The notes under the pieces are model-generated. The model made no database searches and was not told the DNA's origin. It worked only from the letters and a program-made list of their open reading frames with translations. Both the position numbers and the translations under genes were made by a program. A stretch of 64,000 bases of DNA from Camelus ferus. Its lineage: Eukaryota. The DNA lies in contig NC_045696.1 in the NCBI RefSeq assembly GCF_009834535.1, positions 113,710,001 to 113,774,000 of the forward strand. Direction: 5' to 3'. Of the stretch, positions 49,311-62,800 are shown in pieces. Within the stretch, counting starts at the first letter, position 1, and every line of letters starts with the position of its first letter.

Positions 49311-49659
49311 CATCCTTGAAAAATATAAATCTGCCTGGTCTTCCTGAAGACATTCTCTACAGATAAAATCCGCAGTCCTCAGTATGGCTCCCAAGAACAT
49401 CACGATCTAGACCCACTTTTTCTGGCTTCTTCCATCTACGCTTTAAATCAGAATCAAGGACTCAAGGCTTTTCCAAGAGGCCCCGCTCCTTCCAGCTGCT
49501 TTCTGCGCCTGCTGGGCGGCTGCTCACTTCTCAACATTTAGCTCAGCAGATGCTTCTGGGGGCTTCCTAGCAGGCTTCTGTGCCCCACTTCTGTTTACCT
49601 GTTAATGTGAGGGCAAAAATCTTCTGTTTGTTTCTTAAACCTTCAGAAGACACTGTCTT

Positions 49660-49941
49660 ATTCAAAAAAATTAATTAACTAATTTATTAATTGACATATA
49701 GTCAGTTTACAATGTTGTGTCAATTTCTGGTGCACAGCATACTGTTTCAGTCATACATGTACATATATTTGTTTTCATGCTCTTTTTCATTATAGGTTAC
49801 TACAAGATACTGAATACAGTTCCCTGCACTATACAGTAGGACCTCGTTTATTTTATATATAGCAATTAGTATCTGCAAATCTTGAACTCCCAATTTGTCC
49901 CTCCCCAACCCCTCCCTGTAACCATAAGTTCGTTTTCTACA
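49660..49941 (-). mobile_element. Young L1 3' end
   Basis: Perfect 16-bp TSD cagaagacactgtctt (49644-49659, 49942-49957). Confidence 0.92.
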
Positions 49942-51405
49942 CAGAAGACACTGTCTTTAAGCATGGACCCTGCACTGTGATCACGTGACAGCTGCCAAGA
50001 CTGCCAGTCTGGAAGCTGAGGAGGGACGTCTTTACCTTTCTGTTACCATTAGAGAAGAAGGAAAGCTCACTGATCTGAGACCAAACCCGCCGTTCTCAGT
50101 AGCCCACGCTGGCAGACACAGCCAAAGGGACCCCTGCTTTCCATCAGGGGAAGCATCTGCCTAAGCCCTGCACCCGTGAGGAGGGGCCGCCCAGCAGCTG
50201 GCGGTGCTGAGAAACTGTACTGCTACATCATCACGACAAACTTTAAAAACATACTTAATTTTTAATAATAATATTATAGTACTACTTAGAGTCTTAAAAT
50301 ACAATTTCATATTTATTCTTGTATCTCAGAAGATCATTTTTCAGTGGGAACATTCATCCTTGCCTGAGGCTGTTCATTGATGTTCACACTGGCTGGCAGT
50401 GTTCAGCCAAAATAAACTCAGTGCCCCACTAAGGCTAATACTTTTATCTATTGTGCATGGAGGAAATACTTTCTTCCAATCATTTGTCCTTTAAGCTAGT
50501 TTATGATGTCTCTTGCCGTTGTAAGTTTAAAGTTTTAAAGCAGTTAGATAAGTCAGTCTTTCCTTAATATTTTTTTAGTTTGATGTCATGTTTATTGACA
50601 AAGGCCTTCTCCATTCACTCCAGGAATTGAGAAATAATCTCCTATATTTACATGAGTAACCGTCTGTGCGATGCTAGTTTATCCCACACATGAGTCCCCA
50701 CATGTACCTGGACTGGATTCTCCATTTGATAGTCTTGAAATTGGATTAATTTGCTTTTTGCTTTATTTGCTCCTCCTGTTTTTCTCGCTGAGGTTTCATA
50801 GTGTGTTTGATATCTGGTGGGGTAAGTTCTCATCCTTCGCCGTTTCTTTTGTTCAGTGACACTGTATCTGGAGAACTGTAATCTTGATGAGGCTAGACTT
50901 GGAGCAGTTAAAGCTATTTCTCCCCAGGGCTATAGGCATTTCATGTCTCTTTGAAGAATGTTATCAAGATTTAGGAATATCTGAATCCCTCAGGGTCTAC
51001 TCATTAAAAATCAAGTGAGTAGGACAAAGTTAAGGTTTTTGTATTTTGGAATGTGGAAAAACCAGACTATTAATTATAGATCTAACCCAGGCTAGAAAGA
51101 TTAAGTACCCCCAAAAGATTTATATAGTGTGTACGTGTCTAATAAAGTGATTTAGGGAGAAAATGATCATGTCTCTGATTTAAAGAAAATGGTGAATGTT
51201 ATCCAGCTAGGTTTAAAATTGAGAATGCTAAATAAAACTGCATACACGTCTAGCAAGATATGCTGTAACTGCAGAATTAATAAATAGGGATGCTAAAAGA
51301 GGTAGGGATAATCCAGCTTCTAAAGAGACATTAATACCTTCCTCAGAGCTCACTGGGAGAAGGTGAGCTGGCTCTGATGGCCCCAGAAATCCATGGGAAA
51401 ACGCC

Positions 51406-52472
51406 CTCCTTTCACCAGGCACCGTTGTGTGAGTGACATCGTCCTTAAACTTTGTGTGGTCATCCCTCATGCACTGCTGGGATACCCAGGGAAGAAAGAG
51501 GGACCTGGAAGTCCAATTACTCTCTAAAGATCATCCAACTTCTGGATGTTATCCTAAATGCTTCATCGTGGGAGCAGACAATGTGGGCTCCAAGCAGACG
51601 CAGCAGAGCCGCGTGTCCCTCTGAGGGAAGGCTGTGGTGCTGGCGGGCAAGGCCATCTGAGGGTACCTGCAAAACCACCCAGCTCTGGAGAAACTGCCGC
51701 CACACATCCAGGGGAATGTGGGCTTTGTGTTCACCAAGGAGGACCTCACTGAGATCAGGGACATGCTGCTGGCCATTAAGGTGCCAGCTGCCGCCTGTGC
51801 TGGTGCCATGGCCCTGGGTAAAGTCACTGGGCCCTCCCAGAACACTGGGCCTGGCCTGAGAAGACCCCCTTCTTCCAGGCGTTAGGTATCATCATCGAAC
51901 TCTCCAAGGGCACCACTGACATCCTGAATGATGTGCAGCTGATTAAGGCTGGAGACCAACTGGGAGCCAGTGAAGCCACATTGCTAAGTGGCTGCATGTC
52001 TCCCCGTTCTCCTATGGGCTGATCACCCAGCAGGTGCTTGACAATGGGCAGCATCTACAACCCTGAAGTGCTGACGTCACGGAGGAGACTGTGCACTCTC
52101 ACTTCCTGGCAGGTGTCCGCCACGTCGCTGGCGTCCATCTGCAGACTAGTTACCCAGCGGTTGCATCTGGACCCCCTTCCATCATCAGTGGGCACCAGCG
52201 GGTCCTGCCTTTGTCTGTGGCGACTGATTTCACCTCCCCACTTGCTGAAAAGGTCAAGGCCTTCTTGGCTGTTCCATCTGCATTTGCGGCTGCTGACCTC
52301 ATGGCCGCTTCCACACCCGCTGCAGCCCCAGCCAAGGGTGAAGCAGAGGAAGAGTCTCAGGAGTTAGATGAGGATGTGGGATTTGGCCTCTGACTAATCA
52401 CCAAAAAGCAACCAACTCAGCCAGCTTTATTTGTGAAACAAGGAAATAAAGGCTTACTTCCCTTAAAAAAAA
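51406..52472 (+). pseudogene. RPLP0: RPLP0 (60S acidic ribosomal protein P0, uL10) processed pseudogene
   Basis: Intronless copy with 5' UTR (ctcctttc...gtgacatcgtc), start mutated to ATA (51482), [76 protein letters not shown]. Frameshifts, CGA>TGA stops (e.g. 51622-51624), AATAAA at 52445-52450 and a short poly(A) at 52465-52472. Confidence 0.97.
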
Positions 52473-52813
52473 CCCCAAACAAACGGGGTTTGTGGGCACA
52501 GTGAGCTTCCTGTTTGGGAGTGTGGTGTGTGCAGTCATCAGCTTCCCCATCTCCCGTCCTCCCGCCACCACAAAAATGGAGGAGGGTACCAAGAGGCTCA
52601 CTAGTAAAGGCTAGGGATGCCTGTAAGGAGACTCTGGAGCTGTCCCTGGTGGAGAGTTAAGCCGGACCCGGGGTGCAAGGCAGCTGGCCTGCCGATGAGC
52701 TGAGTGGAGCGAGGGAGAGCCAAGATGTCTCTCTGCATCTCATCAGGAGGTCGGCACCCCAGGGGAGGGGGCCTGGAGCAGAGAGGAGCTTTGGAGGATG
52801 CTGTGTGCAAGGG

Positions 52814-53612
52814 CAGTCATATTCCAGAGCCAGCCGGGCAGCCAATTTTTAAATTTTTAGAAACTGAAACAGTCATTCTCAAAAATTAAATTACATCAAG
52901 TTCCATTAAAAAAATTAATAAACAAAGGTAATCAATACTTAAAACTCATCATTTCTTAATTATTTCACTGCTATTATTTATTGTCAGAGTTTTTCTTACG
53001 TCTACTCTATCCGTGTGGTGGAAAAAATAGTGTGCTCCTGTGCGTCTTGTCCCAATTAAGCACTCAGTAAGGTCGCATAAGTAGCTTGAAATTGGCAAGT
53101 GCTACAAATTAGGACTTTGCTGTTTTGTTGATCATCTGCATTTAAGAAAGTGGTGGAGAAAATGCTAATAGTGCAGATTAAATTTAAAAGTGTACCACGT
53201 CTAGAGTCTTACACTGTTAACAGTAAAAACTGGAGGATGTACTCTTCCAGCATATGAACCTATTATCTGATTCAGAAAGCAGTTGCTCACCACACTAACA
53301 ATTGTACTTCTGATACCCCTTCTTTATCTCACTTTTGTCTTAGTTCTTAACTTATATGAAAATACTACCCAGCACTCACATTTGAATGACACTCGTTTGT
53401 CAGTTACAACTGCAGAAGTCATTGTTAAGTCTTCTGAGAATCAATTGGCTAGGTGGAATTTGCACTAAAGAATACTGTATATTTTATTTTATCTGCAAAT
53501 TGTGAACTACACATTCTTTAACATCAGTAAACTGTATAATAAACATGTATGTACATATGCACGTAACACCCCCGCTATTTCTCCCTGCCAGTCCTTAGAC
53601 AGTTACCGTACC
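52814..53612 (+). mobile_element. MER63-like hAT (Blackjack) DNA transposon relic
   Basis: aaaaattaaattac...aaacaaaggtaatcaatacttaaaactcatcatttcttaattattt...gtagcttgaaattggc matches recalled MER63. Ends are approximate. Confidence 0.65.
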
Positions 53613-53865
53613 CACGGGGAAGGGCTTAGTCATGGAAGTCGAGCTGGGGCTGGGTCTCCCACATCCAGGGGCTGGGAAGGGAGCTCTCTGAACTACCCAG
53701 TGTGAAGCAGCATTTTGACACCTGTCACCCAGAAGGCATGATGGCAAGACTGTGCTTGTCCAAAAAACAGGAGATCAGGTCAAGGGACACTGTTCTCATC
53801 TATTGTCTGGCCTCTGACAGCCTAGAAGTCAGGCCTTAGAAAGGGAGGGAAAAGAGATGGCTGAG

Positions 53866-54411
53866 ACACTATTTACAACAGCCAAGACATGGAAACAACC
53901 TAAATGTCCATCGACAGATGACTGGATAAAGAAGATGTGGTATATATACACAATGGGATACTACTCAGCCATAAAAAGAGTGAAATAATGCCATTTGCAG
54001 CAACATGGATGAACCTAGAGACTATATTAAGTGAAGTTAAGTCAGACAAAGACAAATATCATGTATGTCGCTTATATGTGGAATCTAAAAAAAAAAAAGC
54101 TACAAATTTTATTTACAAGCCAGGAAATAGACTTATGGACACAGAAAACAAATTGTGTTTATCAGGGGGGAAAGAGACGAGGGATAGATTAGGAGTTTGG
54201 GATTAACAGATACACACCACTATAGGTAAAACAGATAAACAACAAGGACCTACTGTATAGCACGGGGAACTACATTCAATTTCTTGTAATGAGCTGTAAT
54301 GGAAAAGAAACTAAATATATATGTATGTATATAACTGAATCACTTTGCTGTACACCTGAAACTAACACTGTAAATCGACTATACTTCAATAAAAACATAA
54401 GAATTAAAAAA
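53866..54411 (+). mobile_element. Young L1 3' fragment
   Basis: ORF2 C-terminus plus 3' UTR and poly(A); TSD aaagagatggctga / aaagaggtagctga. Confidence 0.9.
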
Positions 54412-55039
54412 AAAGAGGTAGCTGATAACCAGACTATGCTCTGTCCACCCTGATGGAGTGGAAAGAGGAAATTAGATTTAAATTAGTATGAGATGAGAGT
54501 TGAAAAGCAGACCAGACTGACCTTCTGTTAACTGAAAGTGACCTGAATGCAGCTAAGTGTCATTAAGGGATAGCAAGGCAAAATTCAACGAAACGTGGCC
54601 TAAGCAGTGACTGGGGAAAATTAAAGCTGTTCCATATTAATGCCCTCTGACTTGAGACAGCTCAATAAATAATACAAATACACTGGCTATAACCTAAAGC
54701 ATATTGTTGATAAAATATCTTTTAAAGTGTAGAAACTTGTCCCAGCAGCCTACAGAGCAGTGCTATGTACACTAATTCAATGTGTGTTTTGAACAGACTT
54801 ATCTACAGATCAGCACAGATGGTGCAACCCTACTGAGGAGCTACTCGATTGCAATTCCAGACTTAGTTAAGCAATAATTCCTAATGAACTCACAGAAAAT
54901 ATCCTTACAGTATTGGACTTGTTTAAGACACCAGAGATTCACATTAACTTTCCCCAAAATACCACTGCAAAAAGCTGTGGCTGCAGCAAGTAGGAAAGAG
55001 TCAAAAGATGCCAAGATATAAAAGCTAGATTTTTTTTTT

Positions 55040-55750
55040 AAAAAAGCACCTTTATTGAGATATAATTCATATGCCGTATAATTTACCCACTGAAAGTACA
55101 CACTTCAGTGGTTTTCAGTACAATCACAGAGTTATGCAATCTTTATTTACCACAATCCACTGTAGAGTATCTTTATCAGCTCACAAAGATACCCTGTACC
55201 TTCCTCTAAATCCTCCAGCCCTAGGTATCTGCTAATCTTTCTGTCTCTGTATCTTTGCCTATTCCGGACAGTTTATATAAATGGAATCACTTAAATATGG
55301 TCTTTTATGACTAGCTCGTCTCAGAAAGCATGTTTTCAAGGTTCACCCTGCTATAGCATGCAACAGAACTTCATTCCTTTTCACGGCTAAATAATATTCT
55401 ATTGTGTGAATATACCACATTGTATTTATCCATTCATTAGCTGATGGACGTGTGGGTTGTTTTCACTTTTTGGATACTATGAATAAAGCTTCTGTGAGTA
55501 AGTTTTGCATGGGCACGTTTCCATTTCTCTTGGGTATATAGCTAGCAGTGGAACTACTTGGTCATGTGGTAACTCTATGCTTAACCATTAGATGAACTGC
55601 CAAAATGCTGTCCGAAGAGGATTTCACAACCCCACCTGCAATGTGTGAGTGTTCCCATTCACCATGTCCTCACCAACACTTATCATCTGAGGATGCTGGA
55701 TTATAACAACAGAATAGCCTACACTCACTGGCCTATACCCACCAGATGTC
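55040..55750 (-). mobile_element. L1MB-like 3' fragment
   Basis: tttattgagatataattcatatgcc...ggctaaataatattctattgtgtgaatataccaca...tgaactgccaaa. Confidence 0.8.
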
Positions 55751-56034
55751 CAGTTTTTTTTTTTTTTTAATATACCATATTCTCTACAAACATTTGTTCC
55801 TGTCAACCATGAAAAATAATTTCCCTTAAATTAGAGTATTTTCTCATGGTCTCTGTTATGAGAGACCAAAGATTATCCTGATTTTATCTTCCCTCTACTT
55901 CCAACCCTGATGGAAGTAAAAATGACATTAACCTAATAAGACTTCTTGGTATTGCACACTTTTTCTTCAAAATTAAACAATCCTTAAAAAATTTTAAAAT
56001 AGAACTATAACTATAATATAAATATAACATATAA

Positions 56035-57360
56035 CTTACTTTATTGAGATGTAACTCATGTATCATAAAATTCACCCATTTAAAGAATATGAAATTCAAT
56101 GGTTTTTAGTATGTTCATACAGCTATGCAACTATCACCCCAATTAACTTAGGGAATATGCACACCCATTACCAAGTAACAGTCGCTCCCCATTTACCCCC
56201 ATCTGCTACAACTCTAGGCAATCACTTACCTATTTTCTGACTCTGTACATTTGTGTATTGTGGACATCTCATATACATGAAATCAGAGAATACGACTTCT
56301 CTGACCAGCTTATTTTTATTTAGCATAATGTTTTCAAGATTCAGCCATGCTGTGGCATGTATCAATACTGTTTTAATTGCTGGATAATAACACGTTGTAT
56401 GGATATACCACATTTTTTTCATCAGTTGATGGACATCGGGGTTGTTTCCACTTTGGGGCTCTTATGAATAATGTTGCTATGAACACTCATGTATACGTTT
56501 TTTTGTGAGGACATTTATTTTCACTTCTCTTATATAAACCTAGAAGTAGAATGGCAGGGTCAAGTGATAAGTCTATGCTTATCCTTTTGAGAAACTGCCA
56601 GACTGTTCCAAAGTGGCTGCATCAGCCGTTTTGGAAAACAGTATGGAGAATCCTCAAAAGACTAAAAACACATTCACCATATGACCCAGCAATCCCACTC
56701 CAGGGCATATATCCAGAGGGAACTCTAATTCGAAAAGACACCCCAATGTTCATAGCAGCACTATTTACAGTAGCCAAGACACGGAAACAACCTAAATTTC
56801 CATCAACAGATGACTGGATAAAGAAGTTGTGCTCTATTTATAAAATGGAATACTACTCAGCCATAGAAAAGAATAAAATAATGCCATTTGAAGCAACATG
56901 AATGAACCCGGAAATTGTCATTCTAAGTGAAGTAAGCCAGAAAGAGAAAGAAAAAGACCATATGATATCACTTATATGCGGAATCTAAAAAAAAGACAAA
57001 TGAACTTATTTATAAAACAGAAAGAGACCCACAGATAAAGAGAACAAACTTATGGTTACCATGGGGAATGTGGGTGGGAAGGGGTAAACTGGGAACTCAA
57101 GATGTGCAGATGCGAACTACTATATATAAAATAAATAACAAGGTCCTACTGTATAGCACAGGGAACTATATTCAGTATCTTACAGTAACCTATAATGAAA
57201 AAGAATATGAAAAGGGATATGTGTATGTATATGTATGACTGAACTATTATGCTGTACACTAGAAATTAACACAACATTGTAAACTGACTACACTGCAGAA
57301 GAAAATTTGGACAAAGTGGCTGCATCATTTTATATTCCCAACCACATTATGAGGGTTCTT
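56035..57360 (-). mobile_element. Older L1MB-like fragment interrupted by a young L1
   Basis: Antisense L1 runs to gaaactgccagactgttccaaagtggctgca and resumes at ttttatattcccaacc after 57327. Confidence 0.8.
56625..57311 (+). mobile_element. Young L1 3' fragment (ORF2 C-terminus and 3' UTR)
   Basis: FWKTVWRILKRLK...PYDPAIPLQGIYP; perfect 16-bp TSD caaagtggctgcatca (56609-56624, 57312-57327). Confidence 0.92.
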
Positions 57361-57860
57361 TTTATTTTTTTTAAAATCTTTTTGAATTCCACAGCCTCTC
57401 AAATGTACTCCACCCACTAAAAACTAGTATTCTAATGTATCACTTTCCCCCTCAAATAGCCTTTTCTGTTTCGCATTCCTGTTCAGGAGCTGAGAGTGGG
57501 GCAGGAGGTGGTTTGAGAGCGGGTGCAAGAACAGCAGTCGTGCCCTAGACACGGTCACACTGTCCATAGTCTTCACTGCATCTGGGAATCTGGACTTGAG
57601 TCCAGAGGTACAAATAACCCAGGTCAGAGCCAATGCGGGACAAGAATGTCATGGTGTCAGTTTCCTGGGTCATTCTGCCTGCCTTTGAGTGCTGGCAGTC
57701 TGTAGCTGAGGCAGCCTGGTGAGTCATTTAGATGCCACCAGGCTGAGGGGTGACTGCACTGAAGGTGTGGGCTTTGATTAGGGCTGAGGCTGTGCCCTCA
57801 TCGCCTCCTCCCAAAGCCCTCCTTTCCTTCAGGGTAGGCAGTGCCTCTTTTTCAATCTTC

Positions 57861-58004
57861 TTTTTTTTTTATTTCATTTTTTTTTGGGAGGGAGGAAGTA
57901 ATTAAATAAATTTATTTATTTTTTTTGGTGGAGGTACTGGGGATTGAACCCAGGACCTCATAGCATGGTAGGTATACACTCTACCATTGAGCTATATCCT
58001 CCCC
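57861..58004 (-). mobile_element. Camelid tRNA-Ala-derived SINE
   Basis: tggaggtactggggattgaacccaggacctc...ctctaccattgagctatatcctcccc. TSD tctttttca(a/g)tcttc. Confidence 0.9.
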
Positions 58005-58416
58005 TGTCTTTTTCAGTCTTCCATCATAAGAACAGTAGAGCTTCTGGGGCACTGGAGATGACCATTCAGTAAGTATTTGTGTAATAAATGAAATAATAAG
58101 TAATCAGACCCCACTGGTCAGGATGGAATTCAGTTTGTAGGAGGTATCAGGTTTCTGGTTAGACATCCTTCCTCCCTCCCATGCTTGAGCCTAAATGACA
58201 GTTATACTTATAGGATCAGCAACTCTCCACGTCACTAACTTGAGACAGTGTTTGGCAGCCCCGGTGTAATTTTTTTGTGTGTATGAGATTTAATATTTAG
58301 CTATCTCTGTTTTGAGTCTAAAGCACATGATATGATCTATTTCCTATAACTGACCTCTTGCTTTGTCTTCAAGCTTCCCCACTATCTCCTGTTATTCCCT
58401 GCAAGTTTCAATTCTT

Positions 58417-59870
58417 ATTTTTTTTAAATTGAGGTATATGGTGATTATATTATATAAGTTTCAGGCGTATAACATAGTGATTCACATTTTTAAAGGTTAT
58501 ACTCCATTTATAGAAAACATTGGCTGTATTCCCTGTGCTGCACAATACGTCCTTGTAGCTTATTTATTTTACACATAATAGTTTGCACTTGTTAATACCC
58601 TACCCCTATCCTGCCCATCCTCCTCCCTCTCCCCACTGGTAACCACCAGTTCGTTCTCTGTATCTTTGAGTCTGTTTTTTTTTTTTTTCTTATATTCACT
58701 AGTTTGTTGTATTTTTTAGATTCCACACATATCATCCAGTATCTGTCTTTTTCTGTCTGACTTATTTCACCCTTCAGGTCCATCCACGTTGTTGCAAATG
58801 GCAAGATTTCATTCTTTTTATGGCTGAGTTAATATTCCATTGAATATAATACACATCTTCTTTATCCATTCATCTGTGGATGGACACTTAGGTTTCTTTC
58901 ATATCTTGGCTATTGTAAATAATGCTGCTATGAACACTGAGGTGCATATATCTCTTCGAATTAGTGTTTTCACTTTCTTTGGCTATATACCCAAGGGTGG
59001 GACTGCTGGGTCATATGGGAGTTCTACTTTTAGTTTTCTGAGGAACCTCCATACTGTTTTCCACAGTAGCTGCACCAATTTACATTCCCACCAACAGTGT
59101 ACGAGGGTTCCCCTTTCTCCACATCTTTTGATGGCCATTCTGACAGATATGAGGTGATATCTCATTGTGGTTCAGATTTGCATTTCCCTGATGATTAGTG
59201 ATATTGAACATCTTTTCACATGTCTGTTGACTATCTGTATGTCTTCTTTGGAGAATGTCTATTTAGGTCTTCTGCTCATTTTTAATTGGATTGTTTGTTT
59301 GTTTTTTTGATACTGTGTTGTATGAGCTGTTTATATGTGTTGGATATTAAACCCTTATCAGTCATATCATTTGGAAATATTTTCTCCCCTTCAGTAGGTT
59401 GTCTTCCTGACTTATTGATGGTTTCCTTCACTGTGCAAAAGCTTTTAAATTTAATTAGGTCCAATTTGTTGGGTTTTTTTTTTTTTTTTGCATTTATTTC
59501 CTTTGCTGTAGGAGACAGATCCAAGAAAAAATATTGCTAAAAGATTTATGTCAAAGAGTGATCTGCCTATGTTTTCTTCCAGGAGTTTTATGGTTTCTGG
59601 TCTTACATTTAGGTCTTTAACCAATTTTGAGTTTATATTTGTATGTGGTGTTAGAGAATGTTCTAACTTCAGTCTTTTACAGGTAGCTGTCCAGTTTTCC
59701 CAGCACTGTCTTTTCTCCATTGTATGTTCTTGCCTTCTTTGCTGTAGATTAATTGACCATAAGTGTGTGGGTTTATTTCTGGGCTCTCTGTTCTGTTCCA
59801 TTCAATTATGTGTCTGCTTTTGTGCCAGTACCATACTGTTTTGATCACTGTAGCTTTGTAGTATAGTCTG
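58417..59870 (-). mobile_element. 5'-truncated L1 (3' ~1.45 kb)
   Basis: ORF2 C-terminal pieces ([58 protein letters not shown]); possible TSD aattctt (58410, 59871). Confidence 0.9.
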
Positions 59871-62800
59871 AATTCTTTAGGATTCTTATATTTAGTTGTA
59901 TTCAGTTACTCCCTGTTTTACTGGCATCATGCCTAAACTTGAACTTCCCTTGGGAAACATGTTCCACCAGTAGACCAAACTATATTTAGTGCTTCTCCCC
60001 TACTTCTGCTTCAGCCAAGTGGGCAGGTCTATTTCTAGGATTCAAACTCTTACCGTATTCTTCTGATCTCAAACAAAGTCTAATACGTCATAGGTGGTAA
60101 ACTGTGAACACTGTTTCCCATTTTTCTGCTAGCAGAAAATGGGGTATCGGTGACAGGAGGATTGATTCCCTGGGTACCATGAATTGACTCAGTGATATTC
60201 ACTGATCTTGCAGTGCATCCTTCTTGCTCACCAAGACTGGCCTGAAAATTTGTGGGAGACCAGGCACAGTCAAGTTCACACAGTCACTAGTGATGGTGTC
60301 ATAGTGGTCAGGAAACCAAGTCCTGAGGATTCTGATTCTCAAATATCTTTTGGCCCCTCCCCTCATCCACCTCATGGCCTCTGTCATCTCTTACCTTGAA
60401 CCATCAAAATACCTTCTCGAACATCTCCCTGTCTCAGTCTTTCCACTCCCAAACGAACTTAAGCTTTAGTCTAAAGACACAAACCTAGTCAAACAAGGTC
60501 CCTCTTTTAGAACCTTCTGCTTCCCACTGTCCCCTCTCCCCCACCACGAGATGCCAGTGGCAAGGCCAACTATGCATAAGAATGCTTCTTTGCCAATAAC
60601 CCACCTGATGTCCCAGATGGCTTCTACCTATTAAATGACTTTTTCTATATCTTAATCATACTTTTATCTTCAATAAGAGTTTTTCAAATGTTCTGCCTCC
60701 TCGTTAGTTCTTACTGTTGCTGGAGGAAAAGTTTTCAAAAGAGGCAGACAAGGTGAGAGAACACTATTACATAGACTAGTGTGAAATTACTATTCACAAA
60801 GGAAGATTTTTGATTAAAAACTGGATGCTCAGAAACTGTAAAGTGCTGGCTTATGTATTCAAACAATGCATCAGAATGAAGTGGTTTCCACAGTAACAGT
60901 CTCATGAGCAATAACTCCTGGCAACACCTGGGTCTGTCTACAGGGTCATTCTAGTCTTCCCTGGGGAGACCCATCTCTGAGGACGAAGAAAACAGAAGCC
61001 ACTGATCTCATGAGGGGGGCTCTTAAAACACAGAAAGGAGGAGAGAAAAGACGTGGCAGAGCACTTATCAGAGTAACAGCATGCACATCGACTTCAAAAT
61101 AATATCGAACTGCTCAGGCAGAATCTTGTCCCATATGTGAAAGGGGAAAAGAGATCAAATTGCTCATTGTGGGATTTTTCTAGTCCGCATTTTAAACTGG
61201 ATTTTAAACCCTTTCAGAGTTAAGCCACCTTCTCCGGAGCCAGATGGCCCCTACATCCTCCAGAGGGTGGAAACCCCAGCCTCGGCGGCTGCTGCTCCCC
61301 GAGGCCTTTGATGACCCCTAACAAGCCCTGCTGCACTGGCCCCAGTAACCTGCTGACCCTTTCACCTCAAGGCTTCTCAGCATGGCCGTGAGCCTCTCTC
61401 ATGTTAAAAAAAATGTCAGGCCTACTTTGGAACAAGGACCTCCATCAAAACTCTCCAACTCTGCCACTCTTCGTAAGTGCACAATAATGCACAGAACTGG
61501 CCTCTCTCTAACTGCCTGCCTGGCCACTCTGCAGTGCAGGGAAAACCCAGCTTCTGTCTGGTTGCCTCCCTCCCCAGCTGGCTTTCTTCCTGGAGCATTT
61601 ATTTCCCCTTCCTGACACTCCCAGATCTTTCTCTCCCAGAGGAAGTGATCATATATCTGATCTCAATGTGACTGTCACCTCATGGGCCATCTTTTCTGGA
61701 GCTATGTAGATTTTCAAAGAGAAGTCTGGAGACAGCACTTAGCAGAGAAATGAAACCAACACACAAAAACATTGAAACAAAGAAGTATGTGTGTAACATA
61801 GTTCTGTTTTTTGACTAGGACGGATTTGGGGTTCTTCAAAGCAAATCGCTGAAAGCTACCATCTACTCTGCTGCTCCAAGGGACCCTGCACAGTGTGTGA
61901 CACATGACCCTATCCTTGCCACCCCTTCTCATAAGCCTGGCTGTGATGATTACTTCTCAGGTAGCTAGGCTGCAGTAGTCTTTCTTCATGAAGATCTGAC
62001 CCTCCTTGATGCTCTAGCTTTGCAAACAACACTGTAACATTCGTACTATACCACTTTAACTCCTTCTCCAAGATATATCATTCAAAGTGAGGAAACAGGT
62101 TGTAGAAAGCTGGCTTCCGGGCTCTGATCCTGCAAACCGCTAATGGGTGGAAGAGACAATGCTTTCCACCCGGGGGAGGATGCTGACAGAGCTGTAACCA
62201 GCACCATATTTATTTAGGACTGTTTGAACCAGAGGATTCTTTTTGGAAACTGACACGCCACTCTTGATCGTGCATGAAATGGGATCTGCTGAGACCCTAA
62301 TTTCTCAGTGCTTGTGTGGGCGGCAGAGTCACAGGTGCTCAGATGCAGTGCCTCATTTGAAGTATTTTTGGGCGGTGAAATTTGGGTGTTAAAACTGAAT
62401 CCTGTAACAAGCAGTAAATTACACAACTGCATTTAAATTCCAAAATAGTTATTTTTACAGCAGCTTTATAAAGTTTAATTTATCCCCTTGCCCTGAAAGA
62501 TTTAATGAATGCTTAAAACATTTCCACTTATTTTTCTATGATTGTCTACATTTGCTTCCAGTGTAAATATGCTGACTAGATTTGCATAGTGATTAGACAC
62601 GTAGAGCTGTTTTTTCGGGGGTGGGGGGATGGCAATGAATAGACCCACTGCCCCTAAATGGAACGTACTCACATCCGCATGAACAGTTATATTTCCACTT
62701 GCAAATTAGATACCGTTTGTACCTACGATGCCTTCCTTGTTTAAATAACCATTCTTCACACACACACACACGCACACACGCTGAGACTGTTTTTAGGAAT

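Noticed and set aside
52091..52393. 100-aa open frame matching the RPLP0 C-terminus
   Set aside because: No ATG start, many substitutions at conserved residues and a frameshifted terminus; part of the pseudogene.
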